Made by a program: the position numbers and the translations under genes. Of a DNA stretch of 35,472 bases, positions 23,193 to 30,495 are shown one piece after another. Positions within the stretch are counted from its first letter, which is position 1, and each line of letters starts with the position of its first letter. The notes under the pieces were generated by a model, which had not been told where the DNA came from, did no database searches, and saw nothing but the letters and a program-made list of their open reading frames with translations. Source of the stretch: a virus; IMG/VR virus record IMGVR_UViG_3300028008_000050. One strand, written 5' to 3'.

Positions 23193-24158
23193 ATGCCAGA
23201 AATGATTTATAGACGTATTCAAGACAATGGTAGTATTGTTAACTTTAATGTTGAAAAAGAAGGTACACCATTTATTATTGTTACATATTTAGGAAAAGAA
23301 ACAAGGGTACATGGCCCACAAGCCGCTCTTGATAAAAAGTTTGCAGGTGGAACACCTAAGTATGTTGATGATACTGTAGATGCTAAAGCAGTTAAACTTG
23401 AAACTGCCTGTGATGCTACAATGGCAACTGCAACAGATGCCTGTGCAGTTATGGGTAGTATTGGTTCATTAGCACCTGATGTTGAAACAGCTATATCAGC
23501 CTCCGAAACAGAAGAAAAAATTAACGAGTTACTAACAGAGTCTATGGACGTGGCAGGTGAGGCAACTGAAAAGATTTCTGAAATCAATACTAACATTACA
23601 GATGCAACAGCTAAGACAGAAGAAGTTAATGCTCTTATCGAACGTTTAGAAGCAATAGAACTTGACGATGATACTCCGGATCCGCAACTGTACACAGTAG
23701 CAAGAGAAGAATTAGAAACTGCCTTAGACAATTATATTAATGGTGTGTCTGAGACAATGAACGACTTAAATGAAGTACTAGGTGATGAAGCACCAGACGT
23801 TGGACAAGAGATTAACGATGCGTGTGCAGTAGTGTCAGAAAACATTGGTGCATGTCAAGGTGAACTAAGTGCAATGGTTGCCGCAGTTAAAACAGGTAAC
23901 TGTAAAGGAATAACAACTGCACTACAAAATACAAAGTTTACACCTAGTGGACAAGCAGGTGAGATTAAAGAGAAAATGAAAAGCGATGTTCCGGCACAAA
24001 CAAGAACTATACAATCAAATGGTAGTATTGTTAACTGGAATATTGACAAGAAGAAACCTTTCAGAGATGTTATGCACCAAGGTAAGCTAACAAGAGTATA
24101 TGCTACAACAGAACAACTAGACAAAGCATTTCCTGAATCAATATTGGTAGCAGTATAA
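23193..24158 (+). CDS. acidic structural-type protein with terminal NGSIVNFNV repeat domains (321 aa)
   Basis: N-terminal RIQDNGSIVNFNVEKEGTPF...RVHGPQAALDKKF and C-terminal TIQSNGSIVNWNIDKKKPF...RVYATTEQLDKAFP flank an acidic helical middle. Confidence 0.6.
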   Translation: MPEMIYRRIQDNGSIVNFNVEKEGTPFIIVTYLGKETRVHGPQAALDKKFAGGTPKYVDDTVDAKAVKLETACDATMATATDACAVMGSIGSLAPDVETAISASETEEKINELLTESMDVAGEATEKISEINTNITDATAKTEEVNALIERLEAIELDDDTPDPQLYTVAREELETALDNYINGVSETMNDLNEVLGDEAPDVGQEINDACAVVSENIGACQGELSAMVAAVKTGNCKGITTALQNTKFTPSGQAGEIKEKMKSDVPAQTRTIQSNGSIVNWNIDKKKPFRDVMHQGKLTRVYATTEQLDKAFPESILVAV

Positions 24159-24805
24159 TGAGTGCTATACCTAAAGTTCAATTAAAAGCTAACAGTCAAC
24201 TTGTTAACTTTAATGTTAATACTAAGTTGAATAGTGAAATCAAAGTTATAAATGGTGTAGAAACAGAAGTGTTTGGTGATCCTTCAATGATTGCTGAACG
24301 ATTTCCTGACCTACCAGAAGCATCGTTACCCGACTTTGGCATTCCTGATCCTGCGGCAGACTTACCTGTAATACCATCTGATCTAGGTGGACTTATACCA
24401 GATTCAATTAAAAATGCTACAGCTAACAAATTAGAACTAGCTAAACAATCAACAGCAAGTGCAAGTTCTAAGATAGGTAATTTGTTTACTAGCTTTGCTG
24501 GTTTAGATACAAGAAAGATATCTGAACTTGCATCATTAGGAGAACTAGAAGCAAAGATTCATAACGCTAAAGTATTACTTGGTGATGTTCCTGCATCAGC
24601 AGAACCTAAGTCAGCTGAACCAAGTAACAAGCCTGCGAAGTCATTACAGATACAAAGCGGTGGTGGCATTGTTAACTTTAATGTTAATAAGAAACTTCCG
24701 TACAAAGATGTTATGTATGATTACATGAGCGAAGGTTTAAAACTGTACAGAATATACGGTACACAAGCACAACTAGATTCACAATTTCCAACAGGGTCAG
24801 CATAG
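24158..24805 (+). CDS. paralogous protein with the same terminal repeat domains (215 aa)
   Basis: TAATG coupling. N-terminal LKANSQLVNFNVNTKLN...EVFGDPSMIAERFP and C-terminal IQSGGGIVNFNVNKKLPY...RIYGTQAQLDSQFP. Confidence 0.6.
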   Translation: MSAIPKVQLKANSQLVNFNVNTKLNSEIKVINGVETEVFGDPSMIAERFPDLPEASLPDFGIPDPAADLPVIPSDLGGLIPDSIKNATANKLELAKQSTASASSKIGNLFTSFAGLDTRKISELASLGELEAKIHNAKVLLGDVPASAEPKSAEPSNKPAKSLQIQSGGGIVNFNVNKKLPYKDVMYDYMSEGLKLYRIYGTQAQLDSQFPTGSA

Positions 24806-25855
24806 ATGGGACAACCAATAGCAAGAATTGGCGACAGGACACAAGGTACTTGTTATCATCCTAGTCATCCACCTTTAGACATTGGTGGTACTATTATAAC
24901 AGGTAGTCCGAACGTGTTTACTAACAACATTCCTACAGCAAGACTAGGAGACCTAGTTGAAACTGACTGTGGGCATATAGGTAAAATTATAACAGGATCA
25001 ACAATAGACATTACTAATGAGTTACTTACAGCAAGGATTGGTGATGTAATTGATACAGACGCTCCTTACAAGGCAGTTATTGTTACAGGTAGTACAGACG
25101 TAGCAGGTGATCCACAAGCAACAGCAGAAGAACAAGCGAACGCAATAGGTAACGTAGTTGCACAAGCAATGGGCTTTGAAAAGGTTACACTTGATCCAGT
25201 AGAAGCCGCAGACATTATTATTGGTCGTAAGATTGAAAGAGATAACGGAGTTGATCCAGATACAACAGAAGCAGTAGAATATGGCGATGGTGGTATTCCA
25301 ACTGCTAGACGTGGTAATGAAAGTCCTGTACTTACAGGTGGAGAATCCGGAGTAACAAATACAGCAGGACCACAACCGGCTCCAGCAAGTTCATCGTCAG
25401 ATGGAGAGTTAGTTGAAGAAGTTCCAAGTAAACAACCATCAAATGCAGATGGACAATTTATTAAATGGTTACCACACGTTGACAGTAGAGTGAAACCACA
25501 AGTTGTAACAGGCTTAGAAAGAATATCTAGAGAGATGGGTTTCCAATTAGTTTGTACTAGTGGATATAGAAGTCCAGAATACAATTCAAGAGTTGGTGGA
25601 TCTAAGAAAAGTCAACACATGTTAGGAAATGCTGTCGACATTGTTCAGACAGGACTAACAACAGCACAACGTCAAAAGTTCATTCAAGCGGCTATTGACG
25701 CAGGGTTTACTGCAATTGGCATATACAATACATTTACGCACATTGATATTAGAGGTGCAAAAGTGGCTTGGGGTTCCAATGGAAGTAGAACTGGCCTACC
25801 AAAATATCCATGGGCACAACAGACCTTAAAAGCTAATGGATATGCTACTAGTTAA
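24806..25855 (+). CDS. PAAR-repeat spike-tip protein fused to a peptidase M15 (Zn D-Ala-D-Ala carboxypeptidase-like) cell-wall hydrolase domain
   Basis: The N-terminus has three PAAR-like units (PIARIGD, GSPNVFTNNIPTARLGD, LLTARIGD). A Pro/Ser/Gly linker follows. The C-terminus has SGYRSPEYNSRVGGSKKSQHMLGNAVDI...FTHIDIR, the peptidase_M15A signature SGYRxxxxNxxxGGxxxSxHxxGxAxD...H.D. Confidence 0.8.
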   Translation: MGQPIARIGDRTQGTCYHPSHPPLDIGGTIITGSPNVFTNNIPTARLGDLVETDCGHIGKIITGSTIDITNELLTARIGDVIDTDAPYKAVIVTGSTDVAGDPQATAEEQANAIGNVVAQAMGFEKVTLDPVEAADIIIGRKIERDNGVDPDTTEAVEYGDGGIPTARRGNESPVLTGGESGVTNTAGPQPAPASSSSDGELVEEVPSKQPSNADGQFIKWLPHVDSRVKPQVVTGLERISREMGFQLVCTSGYRSPEYNSRVGGSKKSQHMLGNAVDIVQTGLTTAQRQKFIQAAIDAGFTAIGIYNTFTHIDIRGAKVAWGSNGSRTGLPKYPWAQQTLKANGYATS

Positions 25856-25901
25856 ACCACTTTAAAGATAAATGCACTCAAAGATAGCATAAATAAGCTC
25901 G

Positions 25902-25924
25902 AAGACTCTCCCGGAGTCTTTTTA
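25902..25924 (+). terminator. rho-independent terminator
   Basis: AAGACTC-tcccg-GAGTCTT followed by TTT, downstream of the PAAR-M15 gene. Confidence 0.6.
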
Positions 25925-25958
25925 TGTTATAATATAGATAAGGATATAATAAAATAAA

Positions 25959-27032
25959 ATGAAAAAAGTAACGATGGTGTTAGCCGTCTTGTTCGCAACT
26001 CTTGCGACAGGAACCTTGGCTGACGATGCAGGTCTCGAAAGTAGAGTACAGGCCCTTGAAAGTAGTATGCCAAATTTACCAGCTGGACTTTATGTCAATG
26101 GTGAAATTGAGGGTATATATGACGATAAAACTTATGACTCTGGTTGGGACTCACGTGCTGAATTGCAAGTTGGTATTAGCCAAGACTTAGATATTGACAA
26201 GAACATGCTTAACCTTAACTGGGTTGGTGCAACTATGACGTATGATAGTGATTATGCATTAGATAGTACTCTTGACAATACTATTGTTGAAAAGCAATTA
26301 GGTTTTGGTAATGACTTCGCAACAATCTATGTTGGTGAAACTGATGCACAACGCATTGGCTTTGCAAAAACATCAAAGATTGGAGCACCAATTATCATTA
26401 CTGAATCAAGTAGTAGGTTGGATCACAATGAAAAGACTGTTTTAGTATTAGGCGGATTTGAAAAAGAAACTGAATTCGAATTTGATGCGTACAGACTTAA
26501 AAGAGAAAAGCCATGGGGTGTAGTTGTTGGTTACGATAACAACGAAGACTCATTGTATGCAAGTGCAACAGTTAGCTTATTAGGTTTAGCTGATGTATCA
26601 TACATGATCATTGACACAACTGCGGCAGGTTCAGCAAGTTACACAACAGACACTCGTCAAGAAGGATACGCTATTGGCGGAACACTTCGTAGATGGGATA
26701 TCCCAATGCAATGGGGTGTTGAGTTGTGGGACGACAAAGACACAGGTCTTGCAAGTGATGACAGAATTGATATGGGTGTAATGTATAATGTTACTCCAGC
26801 AACTTATGTTACTGCTCATAGAACTATGAATGATGACTTAGGTTACGATGGTAACTATTACGGTGTTGTTCATAACGTGTATGCTAACTATGACGCTGGC
26901 AAACGTGCTGATAAGCAAGATGGATTAGAGATTGGTTTATATCTACACGATAAGAGTGGAACATCAACTATCACTGGTGCAGATTATGCTGATACAACAT
27001 CAATCCTGGGATCTGTGAAATATAAATTCTAA
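25959..27032 (+). CDS. secreted outer-membrane beta-barrel (porin-like) protein
   Basis: Signal peptide MKKVTMVLAVLFATLATGTLA/DD. The body is Gly/Asp/Tyr/Thr-rich with alternating hydrophobicity. The C-terminal signature is ...GSVKYKF, with a terminal Phe as in OMPs. Confidence 0.6.
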   Translation: MKKVTMVLAVLFATLATGTLADDAGLESRVQALESSMPNLPAGLYVNGEIEGIYDDKTYDSGWDSRAELQVGISQDLDIDKNMLNLNWVGATMTYDSDYALDSTLDNTIVEKQLGFGNDFATIYVGETDAQRIGFAKTSKIGAPIIITESSSRLDHNEKTVLVLGGFEKETEFEFDAYRLKREKPWGVVVGYDNNEDSLYASATVSLLGLADVSYMIIDTTAAGSASYTTDTRQEGYAIGGTLRRWDIPMQWGVELWDDKDTGLASDDRIDMGVMYNVTPATYVTAHRTMNDDLGYDGNYYGVVHNVYANYDAGKRADKQDGLEIGLYLHDKSGTSTITGADYADTTSILGSVKYKF

Positions 27033-27101
27033 ACCACATTTAACACGCCTTAAATGCTATGATAGTAAATAAAAGCGTGTTAAACACAATAGGAGATAAT
27101 T

Positions 27102-27281
27102 ATGTCACAACATCACGAAGCGATTAAAGCGGCAATGGAATCATACTTAGCTGAAAGCGAGTCTTTCGAAACTAAGGGTGTTAAAGCGGCCGCGGCAAGA
27201 GCAAGAAAAGCACTAGGTGAACTTGGTAAACTTACTAAGGCAAGACGTGCTGAAATTCAGGAAAAAAAGAACTCAATGTAG
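27102..27281 (+). CDS. Hc1-like histone H1-like nucleoid protein (59 aa)
   Basis: Below the track cutoff, with SD TAGGAG. KGVKAAAARARKALGELGKLTKARRAEI resembles the chlamydial Hc1 core GNKAAAQRVRTDSIKLEKIAKVYRKESI. A strong terminator follows. Confidence 0.55.
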   Translation: MSQHHEAIKAAMESYLAESESFETKGVKAAAARARKALGELGKLTKARRAEIQEKKNSM

Positions 27282-27290
27282 TTTATAATA

Positions 27291-27325
27291 TAGCACGGCC
27301 CCTCAAAAGGCCGTGCTATTTTTTT
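27291..27325 (+). terminator. rho-independent terminator
   Basis: TAGCACGGCC-cctcaaaa-GGCCGTGCTA followed by T7. Confidence 0.85.
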
Positions 27326-27334
27326 GGCTTAATT

Positions 27335-27363
27335 TTGACATAAAGCTATAAATACACTATACA
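27335..27363 (+). promoter_or_regulatory. sigma70-like promoter with an embedded exact TATAAATA
   Basis: TTGACA-taaagctataaatacac(17)-TATACA. TATAAATAC sits at 27347-27355. It is upstream of csp. Confidence 0.6.
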
Positions 27364-27409
27364 ACAGTAGCAATAATTAACATTGTTATATTAAGGAAAT
27401 AATAAACTT

Positions 27410-27637
27410 ATGAGCGATAGAATACATGGCATTCTAAAGTGGTTTGATGCGAAAAAAGGTTACGGATTTATTACTCCGTCATCCGGTGGACAAGATGTGT
27501 TTGTACATGTCAGTGCTTTTAACGCCGCACAGATTACAAATATCCAAAACAAGATGCAACTTGAATTTGAAATGGTTGATAACCGTGGACGAATGATAGC
27601 TGGCAACTTGGCAATACCCGACAGTTTTAATAGGTAA
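27410..27637 (+). CDS. csp: cold-shock protein, CspA family
   Basis: GILKWFDAKKGYGFITP...GQDVFVHVSAF carries RNP1 and RNP2 motifs. 75 aa. Confidence 0.9.
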   Translation: MSDRIHGILKWFDAKKGYGFITPSSGGQDVFVHVSAFNAAQITNIQNKMQLEFEMVDNRGRMIAGNLAIPDSFNR

Positions 27638-27640
27638 CAA

Positions 27641-27895
27641 TTAACGTAAGGCTTGTTTAGCCTTTAATGCCGCTCTCTTCTTCTCAGCTTCAATTGATTG
27701 TCTTACTTTTCTACCCCAAGGTAATTTAATTGTTTCTGCAATTTCTTTACCTTTCTTACTGATATACTCAACACCAATAAACATATCTTTGAAGTCACTT
27801 TGCACAGCCTTAACTGCTCTTGTTAAACTTAATTGCTCTGTATCTTTTTCATCACCTGCTTCATTCCAAAAATGGAACTTTCTCATTTTAGCCAT
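27641..27895 (-). CDS. hypothetical basic protein (84 aa)
   Basis: ATG-initiated ORF convergent with csp. The hairpin AAGGCT-tgttt-AGCCTT lies at its 3' end. Confidence 0.5.
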   Translation of the reverse strand: MAKMRKFHFWNEAGDEKDTEQLSLTRAVKAVQSDFKDMFIGVEYISKKGKEIAETIKLPWGRKVRQSIEAEKKRAALKAKQALR

Positions 27896-27934
27896 AACGA
27901 CCTTTCTTTTAGTTTCTACTTATTAAATATAGAC

Positions 27935-28240
27935 ATGAAGTGTACTAAAGGCGACTTAGCCCAAATCATATATTCAGTACGTCCTGAGAATATTGGACGA
28001 ATTGTCAAATGCGTAGATTATATTGGTAAATTCAAACAAGGAGAACAGTTTGAGTTTAGAGGTATGCCCTGCCAATGCCCTGTTACAGATCACTATTGGT
28101 GGATTGAAGCAGAAGACTTATCAAGCCTGTTTGGACCTAGCCCAAGAGCATACATTGCCGACAGTTGGTTAGAGCCTTTAAAGAATCCAAATTCCAAAAC
28201 AAAAGAAAAAGTAGAAAAAGAACTTGACATAGCCGCATAA
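27935..28240 (+). CDS. hypothetical protein (101 aa)
   Basis: Start re-set to ATG 27935, because the track's upstream extension overlaps the divergent gene. No motif recognised. Confidence 0.5.
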   Translation: MKCTKGDLAQIIYSVRPENIGRIVKCVDYIGKFKQGEQFEFRGMPCQCPVTDHYWWIEAEDLSSLFGPSPRAYIADSWLEPLKNPNSKTKEKVEKELDIAA

Positions 28241-28254
28241 TGAGTGTATAAATA
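28224..28254 (+). promoter_or_regulatory. promoter of the tmRNA gene (sigma70-like; the -10 is an exact TATAAATA)
   Basis: TTGACA-tagccgcataatgagtg(17)-TATAAA, with TATAAATA at 28247-28254. It overlaps the 3' end of the preceding CDS. Confidence 0.6.
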
Positions 28255-28259
28255 TACTC

Positions 28260-28528
28260 ATAACGTTGAAGCAATTCAAACGCTATACAGGACTCGGGGG
28301 CAGTACCCGACGCCTCCACCATAAACACATTAAGCACAGGAGTGTGCTTATGATGGGGGCGAACTAGGATCGACTGGTAGTTAATAGAGTTAGTGGAGTT
28401 ATCCGGATCTAAGCACGGTTATCGCGAAGAAAACTACAGACGCAAACGAAAACTTTGCTCTTGCGGCCTAGTAATTAACTAGGTTACGGGGTTGGCAACT
28501 TACCTGGCAACAGAAAAGTTGCGTTTTT
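28260..28528 (+). ncRNA. ssrA: tmRNA (ssrA), circularly permuted two-piece type; tag ANENFALAA
   Basis: Acceptor piece: ...GGAC TCGGG GGCAGTA CCCGA CGCCTCC A CCA (ends 28321). Linker hairpin at 28331-28350. Coding piece: GGGGGCG AACTAGGATCGAC... from 28355. Tag ORF: GCAAACGAAAACTTTGCTCTTGCGGCC TAG TAA (28442-28474). Terminator: GCAACTT...AAGTTGC-GTTTTT (28495-28528). The 5' boundary is approximate. Confidence 0.8.
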
Positions 28529-28543
28529 ACTATTGGGGGCAAT

Positions 28544-28732
28544 GTGAAAGAACCTGGGCAAACAACACAAGATGCTATTAAAGATCTAAAGATGGTTATA
28601 ATGTCTTTAGGAATAACATTTTCAGTACTAATGTTCTTTGAGCCAGAAGACCCAGAGACAGTAGGTTTCTTAGTTGGCCTTCCTAGCTACATAATACTTC
28701 GTTGGTTACAGTTAGAAAATATTGGCTTATAG
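28544..28732 (+). CDS. possible small membrane protein (62 aa)
   Basis: GTG start and weak signals, with one hydrophobic segment. Coding status is uncertain. Confidence 0.3.
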   Translation: MKEPGQTTQDAIKDLKMVIMSLGITFSVLMFFEPEDPETVGFLVGLPSYIILRWLQLENIGL

Positions 28733-28742
28733 ACACAGCCTA

Positions 28743-28772
28743 TTAGACTTAGGCATTTTTCTGTGTTATAAT
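28743..28772 (+). promoter_or_regulatory. possible sigma70-like promoter with an extended -10
   Basis: TTAGAC-N18-(TGt)TATAAT, upstream of the 28800 gene. Confidence 0.4.
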
Positions 28773-28799
28773 AATTTAAATATAGCATAAGGAGAAAAC

Positions 28800-29855
28800 A
28801 TGCCACCACGTAATCATAAGAGTTGGTTAGCACAACCAAACGTAGAATCAATCAGCAGTTCAGCATATAACGATCCAGAAATATTTGCACAAGAGCAAGA
28901 ACGTATCTTTAGTAAAGTATGGGTACCTATGTGCCACATCTCTGAGATGTATAACAAACTAGACTACCGAACAACACAGATAGCAGGTGTTAATGTTATT
29001 GCATACAACACAGGCGATGGTGTTCGAGCATATCGTAACTATGGCAGTTGGGCACCTAGTGGCACACTAGGAGCACCTATTGTAACTGTTGAACCACAGT
29101 TGCATTGTGAAGTAAAGCACGGAGGCATGGTATGGGTAACACTTGATCCTAATCCAACGCAGAGTGTTGAGGAATGGACAGCAGGTGCATTTGATTGTAT
29201 TGCTGATGCTATTGACACAGAAGAAATGGAAGTGTTTCATTATCACAAAGCAATTATAAATACCAATTATAAGTTATGGCATGATACCAATAGTGAATTC
29301 TATCACGACTTCATGCACTACTTCAATAGAGTAAGTGGGTTCAATGATGAGTACTTCGCACGTAAGAATATACCTTTTGATAATGGGCATGTTAATGTGT
29401 CTAGTTTTACTGTCAACTATGAGGAGTACGAAGGCTTTGAAGATAGAGGAGAATTATCATTCCCAAACTTGCCACCCAATCAATGGTACATGGTTGATCT
29501 GTTCCCTGGATTCAACTTCAACCTTCGAGGCTCCGCCTACCGTAGTGATTCAGTTACTCCCCTAAGTTGTAACAAAGTTCTTATTGAGTTTAGAGGTTAT
29601 GGACTGCGTAAGGATACACCTGAAGAAAGACTAACACGTATCAAACATCACAACAGCATATGGGGACCGTTCGGACGTAACCTACATGAAGACCTAATTG
29701 GTGTAGCAGGACAAGGTACTACAATGCGTGAAGGTACAGAAGCACGTAACATATTACATGGTAGACATGAAAATGGAACTATACATGATGAAGTAGGTAT
29801 GCGTCATTACTATTCAGAATGGGGCAAGTATTTGGATGTTGACCCGTATCAGTAA
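28800..29855 (+). CDS. ring-hydroxylating oxygenase alpha-subunit-like protein with degenerate Rieske ligands
   Basis: The N-terminal pattern YNDPEIFAQEQERIFSKVW...DYRTTQIAGVNVIAYNTGDGVRAYRN is typical of Rieske oxygenase alpha subunits. CxH is replaced by YGSW, and the second half reads HCEVKHGG. The catalytic-domain-like segment is NYKLWHDTNSEFYHDFMH. Confidence 0.55.
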   Translation: MPPRNHKSWLAQPNVESISSSAYNDPEIFAQEQERIFSKVWVPMCHISEMYNKLDYRTTQIAGVNVIAYNTGDGVRAYRNYGSWAPSGTLGAPIVTVEPQLHCEVKHGGMVWVTLDPNPTQSVEEWTAGAFDCIADAIDTEEMEVFHYHKAIINTNYKLWHDTNSEFYHDFMHYFNRVSGFNDEYFARKNIPFDNGHVNVSSFTVNYEEYEGFEDRGELSFPNLPPNQWYMVDLFPGFNFNLRGSAYRSDSVTPLSCNKVLIEFRGYGLRKDTPEERLTRIKHHNSIWGPFGRNLHEDLIGVAGQGTTMREGTEARNILHGRHENGTIHDEVGMRHYYSEWGKYLDVDPYQ

Positions 29856-29871
29856 ATTGGTAAACTAACTC

Positions 29872-29900
29872 TTGACATAATGTTAACTCTGCGTTACAAT
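29872..29900 (+). promoter_or_regulatory. sigma70-like promoter
   Basis: TTGACA-taatgttaactctgcgt(17)-TACAAT, upstream of the 29935 gene. Confidence 0.65.
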
Positions 29901-29934
29901 AATAGTATTAAAGTAAAGTAGAGGTAACATTATT

Positions 29935-30387
29935 ATGACTATGAGTTTGGTACGTGGAATGACTTCCCTTAATACTAAGAAACGTAAAGCTACCAAGATG
30001 ACTAAAGGCAGACTCGAACGTCTTGTCAAAGAGCATCGTGAACATAATAAGTCTATGAAACGTATTCATGCACACAGTAATATAATGACATTTGATGAAT
30101 ATGTTGAATACGTAAGTGGTAACTTTAAACCCAAAACAAAAACATCTACTAAGGCATGGACTTGGGAAGGTCCAAAAGTACGTGAAACAGAATACATTCC
30201 TAGTCGTGTTACTAAGGATAGTTTCGCTCCAGCAACCAAAAAAGAATCTATGCAATACACAGGTGAACGTAAACTTGTAGGTATTGCTATGATGCATAAA
30301 AGTAACTTGGTTCCTGTGTTTGCAGACGACGATGACAAAACAGGATCAAAACAAGCAACTGAAATCGCACAGATGAGGAGAAATTAA
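29935..30387 (+). CDS. basic hypothetical protein (150 aa)
   Basis: GAGGT SD. K/R-rich N-terminal half. The conserved-looking C-terminal segment is MQYTGERKLVGIAMMHKSNLVPVF...ATEIAQMRR. Confidence 0.55.
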   Translation: MTMSLVRGMTSLNTKKRKATKMTKGRLERLVKEHREHNKSMKRIHAHSNIMTFDEYVEYVSGNFKPKTKTSTKAWTWEGPKVRETEYIPSRVTKDSFAPATKKESMQYTGERKLVGIAMMHKSNLVPVFADDDDKTGSKQATEIAQMRRN

Positions 30388-30388
30388 A

Positions 30389-30475
30389 ATGGTTGAATTT
30401 ATTGGTTTTGCACTTGTAGTTCGATTATTGAACGCACAGGATTTACTAATGATTTGTGTGGCAAATTGTGGTTAA
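30389..30475 (+). CDS. possible 28-aa hydrophobic peptide
   Basis: ATG 8 nt after GAGGAG. MVEFIGFALVVRLLNAQDLLMICVANCG. It is very short, so coding status is uncertain. Confidence 0.3.
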   Translation: MVEFIGFALVVRLLNAQDLLMICVANCG

Positions 30476-30495
30476 ACATTTTGGTAAACAAAAGG

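Noticed and set aside
23219-23731. 170-aa ORF on the minus strand, antisense to the 23193..24158 gene. Similar antisense ORFs lie at 23855..24181 and 24196..24429.
   Set aside because: It lies entirely inside a well-supported plus-strand gene (late motif, SD, TAATG coupling, repeat domains). Its Ser/Ala/Val-rich low-complexity translation is typical of a shadow frame, and it has no start signals.
25066-25584. 172-aa and 117-aa minus-strand ORFs inside the PAAR-M15 gene.
   Set aside because: The plus-strand frame encodes recognisable PAAR and M15 motifs. The antisense frames are low-complexity shadows without an SD.
27039-27084. 10-bp perfect inverted repeat (TTTAACACGC...GCGTGTTAAA) after the porin-like gene, considered as a terminator.
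   Set aside because: It has a 26-nt loop and no T-run, so it is not a canonical intrinsic terminator. It may be a processing or regulatory hairpin, but I cannot support a specific call.
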